Origin: Parcubacteria group bacterium Gr01-1014_29
GTDB taxonomy: Bacteria > Patescibacteriota > Minisyncoccia > Ryanbacterales > 2-02-FULL-48-12
Direction of reading: 5' to 3'
Length of the DNA: 54,487 bases
NCBI GenBank assembly: GCA_007376195.1
Contig: VMFT01000001.1
Location: 1 to 54,487 of the forward strand
Below, in pieces: positions 30,116 through 39,815 of this stretch (position 1 is its first letter; each line of letters opens with the position of its first letter). The position numbers and the translations under genes were made by a program. The notes beneath the pieces were generated by a model that saw nothing but the letters and a program-made list of their open reading frames with translations, was not told the DNA's origin and made no database searches.

Positions 30116-32782
30116 TTACTCCGCTTCTCCTCTCCGTATAAACCACCACTTCCCCGCCTCAATCAACAGTAAATCAATTACGCCCAGAGCAAAGATAATC
30201 CAATAATCAACCGCCCAAAGAGATGTTACCGACAATAAATTTCCCAGCGGCTCAAACACAAACGCCAGCACAAGAAGCCCGATGCTGATTGCAAACGAGA
30301 AGAAAAAGAATGGGTTACCCAACACTCGTATGCGCCAGATCGGCTGCCGAAGACTCCGCAGAGAATAGGCAAAGAAAATAGAGTCAAGCGCGAGCCCCAT
30401 AAACATAACCGTGCGGATATGTTCAATAGTATACTCCATGCTCTCCAGATATAAAAACGTTCCGAAAAGAATGACATCCGTGGCAATACCGATAATAAAA
30501 ATAAGAAACCACATCTCGCGTGTAAATAGCGCGCGCTCCCGCATCTGACGCGGTCGCATGACGTCGTGTTCTCGCGGCTCAAACGCAAACGCAAAATTAA
30601 GCAGTCCTTCGCCGACAAGATTTGTCCAAAGAATCTGCGTCGCCAAAACCGGCAATGGAAACCCAGCCAGAAGCGACCCTCCCACAAGAACAATCTCTGT
30701 AAAACCGGTCGCGAATACAAATGTTATAACCTTTCGAAGATTATCTAAAATAACACGGCCCTGTTCAATAGCGCTCACTAACACGCTGAAACTATCTTTA
30801 AGGAGCACAATATCCGAGGCTTCTTTCGCCACCTCCGTGCCCGAACCAAGCGCCACGCCAACATTTGCGCGTTTGAGGGCTGGCGCGTCATTTACGCCAT
30901 CGCCCGTCATGGCAACAACCGCGCCTTTTTTCTGCCATGCTTCCACAATGCGCAGTTTCTGGTGCGGCAATACGCGCGCGTATACTGAAATGGAATCCAC
31001 GCGCCTAAGTAATTCTTCGGGCGTCATACCTTCAAGATCTTCTCCTTCCAGCACAACTTGGTTTACCACATCTATACCTACCTCCTCGGCAATGCGCTCT
31101 GCTGTCAGCTTATGATCTCCGGTAACCATAATAACCCGCAAACCGGCTTGACGCGCCAGTTGCATTGATTGGGCAACATCCGGGCGCAACGGATCATGAA
31201 ACGCTATCATACCGACAAAAACCAGTTTGCCGAAAAAATCCTGCCCGTTGCTTACAGGAATACGTTCAACTATTTCTTTCCGATAGGCAGTAGCAAGTAC
31301 ACGGTTTCCTCCTTTAGTCAACTCTTCGTATTTTTTGCGCAGCACATTGCGTTTTTGTTTTGTTAATACCATAGTATGTCCGCCTACATACACGCGTGTA
31401 GCAAGATCCAACAATACTTCCGGCGCGCCTGAAATTCGAAGCAATGTGCCTTTTTTTGTTTTATGCAGCGATGCGGCAAATCGTCGTTCAGCTTCAAACG
31501 GCAAAAAATCTATACGAGGGTTTTCTGCTAATACTTTGGGCGGCGCTACACCGGCTTGTATTCCTGCAAGCAGCAACGCTTTATCAGTTGGCGTGCCGCG
31601 CACCACCCAATTACCCAAATCGGCATCGGGGTTTTCTATAAACGCGTCCGATGTGGAGACACCTATTGTCAAAGCTGCGCTCGCATGAGCTTCTTGAGTA
31701 AGGACATCACTCGGACTACCAAAGATCTGTCCGCCGGTAACGACATGCGATACCTGCATATTTGCTTGCGTCAGTGTACCGGTTTTATCGGTGAGAATAA
31801 TAGTTGTCGAGCCCAGGGTTTCGGCGGCGGTGAGTTTTTTTACAAGCCCACCGTTTCGCAAAATGCGCTCCATGCCAAGCGCGAGAATAACTGTTACCGC
31901 TATCGGCAACCCCTCCGGCACGGCGGCAACCGCTATTGCAACAGATGTAACGAACATGTGAGCTACCGACTCGCCGCGAAAAACTCCTAATGCAAATATG
32001 ACAACTACAACCAAGAGTACACACACGCTTATTACTTTTGCGAGCGATGCCATGCTCTTTTGAAGCGGTGTTTTTACTTTGTGTGTTTTGTTGACAAGAA
32101 CACTAATCTTGCCAAACTCCGTGTAATTCGCGGTGTTTACCACTAACGCTTTTGCCCAACCATCTTCCACCAATGTGCCCGCCCACACCATATTGGTGCG
32201 ATCAACGAGGCGCGTTTTTTCGGCAAGCGTTCCCGGTTTTTTTTCAATATCTATCCATTCACCCGTAAGCGCTGACTCATTCGTTCGAAGATTATGAACT
32301 TCAAGTATTCGCGCATCTGCCGGCACCCAATCCCCCGCGCGTAAAATTATGCTGTCCCCCGGCACAACTTCATAAGAGAACACTTCGTGCTCAATGCCCT
32401 CGCGCAGTACAACAGCCCGTTTCGTGACATGTTCTTGTAATTTTAGAAACGCGCGCGATGCCTTACCCTCCTGCACAACACCAACTATGGTGTTAATAAG
32501 CACCGTAAGAAAAATAACGAGGGCATCCGTACGCTCATCAAGAAAAAATGAGATAATTCCCGCTCCCAATAAAATTATGATAAGCGGATTTGCAAGCTGG
32601 TGCAGTATGATGGAAAAAAGGTGAAATTCCTCGCCGCCCGTTATGCGGTTTTCTCCCAAACGCTCCCTACGGTGTTGCGCTTCCTCTACCGAAAGGCCCG
32701 CATGTCCACTAGTCTCAAACCGCTTGGCGAGCTCGCGTTCAGAAATCGCATGCCATATGTCTTTCTTTTGGAAAGATGTCAT
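30116..32782 (-). CDS. Cation-transporting P-type ATPase (P-IIA, Ca2+-type)
   Basis: ESALTGE, VPEGL, DKTGTLT, TGD, TGDGVNDAP; true ATG 32782, the longer ORF reads through the tRNA. Confidence 0.95.
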   Translation of the reverse strand: MTSFQKKDIWHAISERELAKRFETSGHAGLSVEEAQHRRERLGENRITGGEEFHLFSIILHQLANPLIIILLGAGIISFFLDERTDALVIFLTVLINTIVGVVQEGKASRAFLKLQEHVTKRAVVLREGIEHEVFSYEVVPGDSIILRAGDWVPADARILEVHNLRTNESALTGEWIDIEKKPGTLAEKTRLVDRTNMVWAGTLVEDGWAKALVVNTANYTEFGKISVLVNKTHKVKTPLQKSMASLAKVISVCVLLVVVVIFALGVFRGESVAHMFVTSVAIAVAAVPEGLPIAVTVILALGMERILRNGGLVKKLTAAETLGSTTIILTDKTGTLTQANMQVSHVVTGGQIFGSPSDVLTQEAHASAALTIGVSTSDAFIENPDADLGNWVVRGTPTDKALLLAGIQAGVAPPKVLAENPRIDFLPFEAERRFAASLHKTKKGTLLRISGAPEVLLDLATRVYVGGHTMVLTKQKRNVLRKKYEELTKGGNRVLATAYRKEIVERIPVSNGQDFFGKLVFVGMIAFHDPLRPDVAQSMQLARQAGLRVIMVTGDHKLTAERIAEEVGIDVVNQVVLEGEDLEGMTPEELLRRVDSISVYARVLPHQKLRIVEAWQKKGAVVAMTGDGVNDAPALKRANVGVALGSGTEVAKEASDIVLLKDSFSVLVSAIEQGRVILDNLRKVITFVFATGFTEIVLVGGSLLAGFPLPVLATQILWTNLVGEGLLNFAFAFEPREHDVMRPRQMRERALFTREMWFLIFIIGIATDVILFGTFLYLESMEYTIEHIRTVMFMGLALDSIFFAYSLRSLRQPIWRIRVLGNPFFFFSFAISIGLLVLAFVFEPLGNLLSVTSLWAVDYWIIFALGVIDLLLIEAGKWWFIRRGEAE

Positions 32783-32809
32783 AGTGCTATGATACCATTT
32801 TATTATCGG

Positions 32810-32882
32810 CGGCCCCACGGGGAATCGAACCCCGGTTTGATGGATGAGAACCATCTGTCCTAGGCCACTAGACGATGGGGCC
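32810..32882 (-). tRNA. tRNA-Glu (CTC)
   Basis: GGCCCCA/TGGGGCC acceptor, GATGG-TTCTCAT-CCATC anticodon arm, GGTTCGATTCC T arm; CCA not encoded. Confidence 0.95.
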
Positions 32883-32887
32883 ATAAA

Positions 32888-32937
32888 GGTGGGAGGGTGA
32901 AAAAACCACGTGTCCGAGACCTCTAGACGATACGGGC
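32888..32937 (-). pseudogene. 5' half remnant of a second tRNA-Glu (probably TTC)
   Basis: GCCCGTA-TC-GTCTAGAGGTCTCGGAC-A-CGTGG-TTTTTTCA, then no T arm or 3' acceptor strand. Confidence 0.65.
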
Positions 32938-32990
32938 TTATATATCTATACTAAAATAAATTCTTCATCTTTTACAAAAAGGAGGGCTGT

Positions 32991-34592
32991 ATGCGCCCAT
33001 TTGTTGATGTTGCTTATTTTACACCCGAAATCGCTGTTTCGCAAGAACTTCATACATACGCCGGGGGTCTCGGCACTGTAGCTGATACCATGGCAAAAGC
33101 AGCTCACACGCTCAACTATCCCCTTGCCATTGTAACCATTCTCTGGCAACAGGGATATTATGATCAAGTCATGGGAACGTATGGCATGGAAGTATACCAT
33201 GCTGATTATCGTTATAATTTTTTGGAAGACACCGGTGTCCGCGTTTCGGTTGGTGTTCATACCAATCCCGCGGTTGAGATAAAAGTCTGGAAGCTGCCGG
33301 AAGAACGCTATGGCACCTGTCCGGTGTACTTCTTGGATACAAATCTGCCGGAAAACGATGAACTCGCCAAACTCATCACACGAAACTTATACGGCGGCGA
33401 TGAAAAACGTCGGCTTGCCACGGAAATCGTGCTTGGCATCGGCGGAGTTCGCGCTCTTGACGCGCTTGGCATACACCCGCGCCTGTATCATTTAAACGAA
33501 GGACACTCCGTACTTGCTAGTGTGGAGCTCTTGCGACAAGAACGGGCATCGGGAAAAAATTTTGATGAGGCACTAGCGTGTGTACGGGAAAAAGTCGTAT
33601 TTACCACGCACACACCTGAACGCGCAGGCAACGAGGAACATCACATAAAACTCATGGAGGAGATGCATTGCTTTCCCGGAATCTCGCGAAGCGATGCGGA
33701 GCGGCTTGGCGGATCAGGCGGTGATGTGTGCAACATGACGGTTTTTGGCCTTCGCACAGCGTATAGAGCAAATGGCGTTTCCAAAAAACACACCGAGCGT
33801 GCACAAAAAATGTGGCACTGGGCAGAGGGGTGCCCAATCGTTGAGATCTTAAACGGTGTTGCGCGCGATTGGCAAAACCCGGCATGTGCGAGCGCAGCAA
33901 GTGCTTTAGAACTAGACGCTGCAAAATATGAACCAAAGCAAAAACTCTTCACATATATAGAAGCAAAAACGGGCAGGCTTTTCCATCCGGATATTTTGAC
34001 AGCTGGCTGGGCGCGGCGTTTCGCAGAATACAAACGGCCAACACTCCTCTTTCAGGACATGCATTTTTTAGAGCCGCTCTTCCGAACCGGACGTTTGCAG
34101 CTCATTGTGGCCGGTAAACCCCATTATCACGACAAGGCGATGATAGACCGTTGGAATGAAATCCGCGGACGCAGTATATATATGCCTTCGCTCGTCATTC
34201 TTGAAAACTATGAACGGGAACAAAGTGCGCTTCTCAAAGAAGGATCTGATCTTTGGATCCAAACGTCCCGCTATCCCCGAGAAGCATGCGGCACATCTGG
34301 TATGGCAGCGAACCTCAATGGCACTCTTGTTCTTTCTACAAAAGACGGATGGCTTGGACAAGTGCCACAGGAACATCACTTCTTATACGGCGCGGACCAC
34401 GCGGGCCCTACAGACGCAGAACAAGACTATCGAGATCTCCAGTCGCTCAAAGAAATGCTTCCGCAAGCACTTGATCTCTACTATCTTGATCCGGATGCGT
34501 GGTATAAAAAAGCGTTTGCGGCAAAGCGTTATGCCGAGGAACACCTCACCGGCGAACGAATGCTGCGCGACTATGACGAGAAGTTATACTAA
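32991..34592 (+). CDS. glgP: Short alpha-glucan phosphorylase (GT35)
   Basis: YAGGLG, LYGGD, HLNEGH, FTTHTP, ARRFAEYKR, AGKPH, EACGTSGM; SD AGGAGG. Confidence 0.88.
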   Translation: MRPFVDVAYFTPEIAVSQELHTYAGGLGTVADTMAKAAHTLNYPLAIVTILWQQGYYDQVMGTYGMEVYHADYRYNFLEDTGVRVSVGVHTNPAVEIKVWKLPEERYGTCPVYFLDTNLPENDELAKLITRNLYGGDEKRRLATEIVLGIGGVRALDALGIHPRLYHLNEGHSVLASVELLRQERASGKNFDEALACVREKVVFTTHTPERAGNEEHHIKLMEEMHCFPGISRSDAERLGGSGGDVCNMTVFGLRTAYRANGVSKKHTERAQKMWHWAEGCPIVEILNGVARDWQNPACASAASALELDAAKYEPKQKLFTYIEAKTGRLFHPDILTAGWARRFAEYKRPTLLFQDMHFLEPLFRTGRLQLIVAGKPHYHDKAMIDRWNEIRGRSIYMPSLVILENYEREQSALLKEGSDLWIQTSRYPREACGTSGMAANLNGTLVLSTKDGWLGQVPQEHHFLYGADHAGPTDAEQDYRDLQSLKEMLPQALDLYYLDPDAWYKKAFAAKRYAEEHLTGERMLRDYDEKLY

Positions 34593-34610
34593 TGCAAAGG
34601 CTGCGCAGGT

Positions 34611-34637
34611 TATGTTAAACACCGGGTGTTTAACATA
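34611..34637. repeat. Palindrome (ACAC-CGR-GTGT family)
   Basis: tatgttaaacacc-g-ggtgtttaacata, identical to the core at 1906-1932. Confidence 0.9.
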
Positions 34638-34661
34638 TAACAAGAGAATAAAAAGTGCACA

Positions 34662-34691
34662 GATCCGCCCGCAACTAAGGCGGATTTTTTC
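34662..34691 (+). terminator. Rho-independent terminator after glgP
   Basis: atccgcc/ggcggat stem followed by T run. Confidence 0.75.
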
Positions 34692-34769
34692 TAACATAGA
34701 AGATTCGTGATGATAAACCAAAATGATACGATCGTGAACTTTTTATGTCATAGTATTTTTTAAATCATA

Positions 34770-36128
34770 TTATGAATTTCCAAGCCAAAATGGCTCTTGG
34801 CGCACTAACAATTCTTTTTTATGTTCCGGCCTCAACATAATCTCCTCCACCGTCCGTTCCATACGCATAGATTGAGATCCTTTCACCAACACCACATCTC
34901 CCGGGATAATAATATCATCAAGAAATTTTCCAGCTTCCAACGCATTACCAAACTCATGAACCTGCTCGGATGCCAAACCGTGTTCCCGCGCCGCGCGCGC
35001 AATAAATTTAGCTCGCGGGCCTACGGTACAAAGCATGTTTACTATAGGAGCCGCGAGCTCTCCCATAGCCTCATGCGCCTGAATGGTAAACTTGCCGATC
35101 TCAAGCATGTCTCCCAACACCGCAATACGTCTCTTTGCGGGTATATCATGTAACGTATCGAGTGCGGCATGCATAGCGGTGGGAGAAGCATTATACGTAT
35201 CATCCAAAATCAGCGAGCCCTTAATGCCTTCCAAAAGACGCAATCGTCCCGGCAATGGGCGATACAAGGCCGAGAGAGTTGCCGCCGCGTCCAATATATT
35301 GATGCCAAACCAAACACCAACGCCAAGCGCGGCGGCAGCCACATATAGTTGCTGTTTTCCCAGCATCCCCTCCAACCGCAACGGTACTGTAGAACCATTG
35401 TAATCAACCTTGCAACGGATACCGAGCGGCACCTCTCTATCCATCTCGTTACGTACGTTCACTTCGTTCAGTATCTTTGAGCCGGCCACTATCGCATAGT
35501 TTGAAACCTGTACGTCCGATCCCTTTCCAAATCCAAATGTCAATACTTTTCCCCGCGCCTCATTGCGCATATCATATACTACATCATCATCGGCGTTTAA
35601 TAAAACACACCCGTTCTGCGCGGTGCTGCGCGCAAGTTTTCCTTTTTCAAACGCAAGCTCTTTGGGTCCGGAAAAAAATTCCACGTGTACGGGAATCTCG
35701 CCGATTGCTGTTATCACGCTTACTTCCGGCTTTATCAACGAAAGAAATACATCCATATTTCCCGGCCGGTCAACACCTGCTTCCAAAACTAATATATTCG
35801 GATATTTCTTGCGTTCACTGCGTTCAGTATCTTTGACCTGGAACATCACAAAAAAACCCCGCACAATAACGGAGAGCCAGCCGAAAACGGAATTCCATTG
35901 CGTCTCCAAACCCAATACGGTAAGAGGTATGCCAAATTCGCTATTATAGCTTTTTGGGCTTTTTCGAATATCATATTTTGACGCAAGAACGATGGCAACT
36001 GCTTCTTTGGTTGATGTTTTTCCAACACTGCCCGTTATGGCGACGATGCGCGGCTTAAACTTCGCCAGCACTGCCCGCGCCTCCCACGTTAATATGTATA
36101 AAACAATATGCTTTAAAAATAGCTTCAT
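34770..36128 (-). CDS. murF: UDP-MurNAc-tripeptide--D-Ala-D-Ala ligase
   Basis: ITGSVGKTSTKE, NSEFGIPLT, DDTYNASP, LGDMLEIG, VKGSQ; ATG 36128. Confidence 0.93.
   Translation of the reverse strand: MKLFLKHIVLYILTWEARAVLAKFKPRIVAITGSVGKTSTKEAVAIVLASKYDIRKSPKSYNSEFGIPLTVLGLETQWNSVFGWLSVIVRGFFVMFQVKDTERSERKKYPNILVLEAGVDRPGNMDVFLSLIKPEVSVITAIGEIPVHVEFFSGPKELAFEKGKLARSTAQNGCVLLNADDDVVYDMRNEARGKVLTFGFGKGSDVQVSNYAIVAGSKILNEVNVRNEMDREVPLGIRCKVDYNGSTVPLRLEGMLGKQQLYVAAAALGVGVWFGINILDAAATLSALYRPLPGRLRLLEGIKGSLILDDTYNASPTAMHAALDTLHDIPAKRRIAVLGDMLEIGKFTIQAHEAMGELAAPIVNMLCTVGPRAKFIARAAREHGLASEQVHEFGNALEAGKFLDDIIIPGDVVLVKGSQSMRMERTVEEIMLRPEHKKELLVRQEPFWLGNS
35456..35836. repeat. 25-bp direct repeat twice inside murF (35456-35480 and 35812-35836)
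   Basis: cgttcact(t/g)cgttcagtatctttga, 24/25 identical. Confidence 0.9.
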
Positions 36129-36147
36129 TCGTTTAAGTTTTAAGTTA

Positions 36148-37788
36148 CTATCTATCCGGCGGTATTTTATAGTAGGTAATGATAAATTCTGCCAGTTTCC
36201 GGAACGGCTCCGAAAGCGTCTGTGAAGCATATCGCACACCACGCGGCTCTTCAAGGTAGAGCAGTATGAGAAACCGCGGATCAAACGCGGGCGCATACCC
36301 AAAAAATGTATGCAGATACATATCTGAATATCCGCCTGCTGTTTTGTTGGAAATCTGCGCTGTGCCTGTTTTTGCGGCAATGCGATACCGCGGCATGGAA
36401 ACAATTCCTCCGGCTAGGGTTTTATCAACCACATCCGCAAGCATACGCGAGACAATTTCAGTGGTTTCCGTTCGTAAGACTCTTCGGCGTACGGCCGGTA
36501 AAGTTTCCGTACTGACTCCCTTAGTATCTTCAATGCGCTTCACTATATACGGCCTCATGAGTTCCCCGCCGTTCGCGACGGCAGAAAGCGCGGATGCAAG
36601 CCCCAAGGGTGTTACCGCAATGCCCTGCCCGAAAGAAGCTGTCGCGTATTCAACATTGTTGCCTATCTCAAGGTTGCTAAGGTTGCCGGCAACTTCCTGC
36701 CCAAGATCAACACCAGTGCTCTCACCTAAACCAAAGCGTCTCATATAATCATGAAACGCGCGCTTGCCAAGCTGCTGCATAATAAACACGGCGCCCGTAT
36801 TCAGCGACTGATCAAGAATATCATACATGCGCTGCAATCCGCGCCCTTTCCCGTCATAATTGCTTAGAGTTGCGTCCCCTATCTGCACCTGGCCCGCATC
36901 ATAATAGGTTGTTGCCTCTGTGATGGATCGCGCGTCAAGACCGGCAGCCATCGTAAGGGGTTTGACAATAGAACCCATCTCAAAAACTTTTTGCGTAAAC
37001 GGATTGAGAAAAATGTCATAATCCTTCACTTCCTGATACGCGTTCGGATTAAACCCGGGCATACTGTCCATGGCAAGAATAGCGCCTGTTTTCGGCTCAA
37101 GCACTAGTATACCTGCTGATACCGCGTTCCACGTTTCCACTAATTTTGTGCCGAGTTCATGGGCAATGGATTGAATATGAGGATCTATCGTTAAGATAAG
37201 ATCTGACCCATTTTGGGCAAAGCCGGAACGCGCATCGCTTCCGTTTAAGATATCTTCATACTGTTGTTCCAAACCATAACGCCCGCTCCGCCCGATATCG
37301 GAAAACCCAACAAACCCCAACAGGTGGCTTGCCATCGTACCCTGGGGGTAGACACGCTTCTCATCTTTTGAAAGCCAAATTTCAGGCGTAGTGAAATTCG
37401 CTATGTTGGCAGCGGTATCCCGAGAGATGTTTTGCATGAATACTGTATACGTGGTGTCGCGCGCCGAGGCACGCTCCAAAAATGTGTCCTTATCCAGCGG
37501 GAGCAAAGCTACAAATTTTTCGTAAAGAGCGGTAGGATTTTCTATCTGACGCGGATTCCCCTCCAATGTATAAGTACGATGTGTTGTTGCCGCGGGAACC
37601 AAAACACCGTCTTTGTCTTCAAAAAAAATATCCCCGCGGCGCGACTGATCGAGCAATAACGCATTGTGCTGGCGCTCTGCCGTGGCCTGATATTCATCCG
37701 CGTAGGAAACCTGAAGAAAAAAAAGGCGCACTATGACAGTCCCCCCTATCGCAATGAGTACACCTGTCACTACCAGAAGTCGCCTCAT
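36148..37788 (-). CDS. ftsI: Class B penicillin-binding protein FtsI/PBP3
   Basis: RGDIF, RVYPQG, GLE, SIVK, SLN, KTGT; located in mraZ-rsmH-ftsL cluster. Confidence 0.92.
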   Translation of the reverse strand: MRRLLVVTGVLIAIGGTVIVRLFFLQVSYADEYQATAERQHNALLLDQSRRGDIFFEDKDGVLVPAATTHRTYTLEGNPRQIENPTALYEKFVALLPLDKDTFLERASARDTTYTVFMQNISRDTAANIANFTTPEIWLSKDEKRVYPQGTMASHLLGFVGFSDIGRSGRYGLEQQYEDILNGSDARSGFAQNGSDLILTIDPHIQSIAHELGTKLVETWNAVSAGILVLEPKTGAILAMDSMPGFNPNAYQEVKDYDIFLNPFTQKVFEMGSIVKPLTMAAGLDARSITEATTYYDAGQVQIGDATLSNYDGKGRGLQRMYDILDQSLNTGAVFIMQQLGKRAFHDYMRRFGLGESTGVDLGQEVAGNLSNLEIGNNVEYATASFGQGIAVTPLGLASALSAVANGGELMRPYIVKRIEDTKGVSTETLPAVRRRVLRTETTEIVSRMLADVVDKTLAGGIVSMPRYRIAAKTGTAQISNKTAGGYSDMYLHTFFGYAPAFDPRFLILLYLEEPRGVRYASQTLSEPFRKLAEFIITYYKIPPDR

Positions 37789-37841
37789 ATACTGTTTTTC
37801 TATCGGGTAATACTAATTTTGTTGTCTTATGGAGTCCGATT

Positions 37842-38159
37842 TCATAGTGTGATGTCTATAGCAACTGAGGAATCCCGCGCCACAAAATAAACGGGACCCG
37901 CAGTTGATAAATTAAGTTCTCGCGCTTTTTGTTCAAGCCAAGAGCCCACCACTAAATGTGCGCGCTCAACTTCCAATGAACGCACCTCTTCTTTTAGCTG
38001 CAAAATGCGCTGTTCGTCCGATTGTATACCGAACGTACGCATTGCAACCCCATTAATGCTATAAATATAGAGTGCGGCAAACACAAGAAAACACAAACTC
38101 AACAATCCTGCAAAAACGGGGATGAGAATTTTAGAAAACTTGTATGAAATTATTGTCAT
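37842..38159 (-). CDS. ftsL: FtsL-like cell division protein
   Basis: Single TM plus coiled coil ending LEQKARELNL, between rsmH and ftsI. Confidence 0.7.
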   Translation of the reverse strand: MTIISYKFSKILIPVFAGLLSLCFLVFAALYIYSINGVAMRTFGIQSDEQRILQLKEEVRSLEVERAHLVVGSWLEQKARELNLSTAGPVYFVARDSSVAIDITL

Positions 38160-39022
38160 AAACGTTCTGCAACGCGTAATTTTGCGGACCGCGCGCGAAG
38201 ATTGTTTCTCATTTCTTCCGTCGCCGCGCGTACTGGTTTTTTTATAACACGTTTTACAATATCTTCTTGCTCTAAACTGCGAAATATATCTTTTACAATA
38301 CGATCCTCACCCGAATGAAACGATAGCACTGCGATACGGCCTCCCGGCTTGAGCAACCAGACAGCGCGCTCCACTCCCTGGGCAACATGTTTCAATTCAT
38401 CATTAACGCACATGCGTAATGCTTGAAATGTCCGTGTTGCAAAGTGAATTCTGCCCTGGCGATAGCGCCCAGGAACCGCTCTTCGGATAATCTCCACGAG
38501 TTGAAACGTGCGTTCAATGGGAACGCGGTCGCGTTCCCGAACAATTTGACGCGCTATGCTTCGCCCAAACCGCTCTTCTCCTGTGGTTCGCAATAACTCG
38601 CGCAATTCATGTTCCGGCCACTTGTTGATAATGTCGCGGGCCGGAATATCTTTTCGGCTATCAAACCGCATATCCAACGGTTCATCCCGCAAGAATGAAA
38701 ATCCGCGTCCTGATTGCTCTATGTGAAAAGAACTAAAGCCAAGATCAAATATAATACCATCTACATCTGTAAAACCGTGATCCTCTGCAATATGTTGGAT
38801 ATTTGCAAACGTGTCGCAGATAAGTTGAAAGTCTGAAACCTGAAATTTTTCTACAAGTTCACAGTCTCTATCGATGCCAAGGAGTTTTCCTTTTTTCCCG
38901 ATACGTTCCGCAATGGCTTTTGCGTGTCCGCCGCCATTTATGGTGGCATCTATAAACACGTCGCCCGGCCGGGGATTCAGATATTCCAGAACTTCGTTCA
39001 GTAAAACAGGTGTATGTGCCAA
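38156..39022 (-). CDS. rsmH: 16S rRNA C1402 N4-methyltransferase
   Basis: HTPVLL, DATINGGGH, DLGFSS, PLDMR, FQALR, SFHSGEDR, RSAKLR; TTG start. Confidence 0.97.
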   Translation of the reverse strand: MAHTPVLLNEVLEYLNPRPGDVFIDATINGGGHAKAIAERIGKKGKLLGIDRDCELVEKFQVSDFQLICDTFANIQHIAEDHGFTDVDGIIFDLGFSSFHIEQSGRGFSFLRDEPLDMRFDSRKDIPARDIINKWPEHELRELLRTTGEERFGRSIARQIVRERDRVPIERTFQLVEIIRRAVPGRYRQGRIHFATRTFQALRMCVNDELKHVAQGVERAVWLLKPGGRIAVLSFHSGEDRIVKDIFRSLEQEDIVKRVIKKPVRAATEEMRNNLRARSAKLRVAERL

Positions 39023-39078
39023 AAAATAATGAACGTTAGTGAATATATTTTTTGAGCATCCCGAGTGAAGCGAGGGGC
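39011..39078 (-). repeat. Double-hairpin leader element, copy 2 (overlaps rsmH start)
   Basis: gggatgctcaaaaaatatattcactaacgttcattatttttTGGcacat, near-identical to the frr copy. Confidence 0.9.
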
Positions 39079-39086
39079 TACTCTAT

Positions 39087-39521
39087 TTAAAATGCCCCAA
39101 TCTCTCCCAACTTTTCCGCTAAAGCATCGGCATCTTTTTCCATCCGTTTCTTATAAGAACTCCACATCGCCTCATCCCAAATTTCAAGCCGGTTGTATAC
39201 TCCCGTTATGATTACGTGCTGGCGAATGCGCGCGTATGCTTTTAAGTGTTCTGGAATAAGCACTCTTCCCAACGCGTCAAGCGCAACCTCTTCCGCTCCC
39301 GCAAGCATCAACCGCACAAAACCGCGCGTATCCGCCTGCCCTGCCGGCAACGCACTTAACTTCTCCGCGATCTTCTGCCATTCTTCGCGCGGGTACAAAA
39401 ACAACGAATGATCAAGTCCGCGCGTAAGCACTATGCTTCCGCCTAGATCGCGCCGAAACTTCGACGGTACCGACAACCGTTTCTTTGCGTCTATAGAATG
39501 ACGATACTCACCTAAAAACAT
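39087..39521 (-). CDS. mraZ: Division/cell-wall cluster repressor MraZ
   Basis: MFLGEYRHSIDAKKRL, TRGLD, LDALGRVLIP, EIWD. Confidence 0.97.
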   Translation of the reverse strand: MFLGEYRHSIDAKKRLSVPSKFRRDLGGSIVLTRGLDHSLFLYPREEWQKIAEKLSALPAGQADTRGFVRLMLAGAEEVALDALGRVLIPEHLKAYARIRQHVIITGVYNRLEIWDEAMWSSYKKRMEKDADALAEKLGEIGAF

Positions 39522-39526
39522 AATTT

Positions 39527-39582
39527 CCCACTTTTTCCCACTTCTAATATTGATACTACCACCATACCCCATAAAACACCAA
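39527..39582 (-). promoter_or_regulatory. MraZ binding boxes upstream of mraZ
   Basis: 10-bp phased TTGGT/ATGGG/GTGGT and GTGGG/GTGGG, matching known MraZ TGGG-type direct repeats. Confidence 0.7.
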
Positions 39583-39694
39583 CTATGCAATACAATACAG
39601 TACCCGAATAAGTAACAAAAAATGGCTTTATATAAAGCCATTTTCACTCCTGTGAAACTTATCCTCACATAATCCACAGTATCTCCACAGGTTT

Positions 39695-39723
39695 ATCCTC
39701 CCACCAAGATTTGGTGGGAGGAT
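39695..39723. repeat. Perfect 13-bp palindrome
   Basis: atcctcccaccaa-gat-ttggtgggaggat. Confidence 0.8.
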
Positions 39724-39772
39724 TTATCTCTCTCTTTTATCGCGGCCGCATTAAAAAGAAAATTTTGCAAAC

Positions 39773-39808
39773 AAAAAAACGGAAGTCAGATTTTCCATCC
39801 AACTTCCG
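39773..39808 (-). terminator. Probable rho-independent terminator
   Basis: cggaagt/acttccg stem with U tail on minus strand; large loop. Confidence 0.55.
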
Positions 39809-39815
39809 CAGATGA

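Noticed and set aside
32783-32884. N-terminal extension of the P-type ATPase in the ORF track
   Set aside because: It is read-through of the tRNA-Glu gene; a -10 box precedes ATG 32782
34593-34620. dif site (TTATGTTAAA resembles the XerD arm)
   Set aside because: No XerC arm at the right distance; the match is one arm of the dispersed palindrome
36129-36404. Long N-terminal extensions of murF (also mraZ, mreC, S41 protease, BNR protein)
   Set aside because: They overlap neighbouring genes or promoters and lack family similarity; downstream ATGs fit
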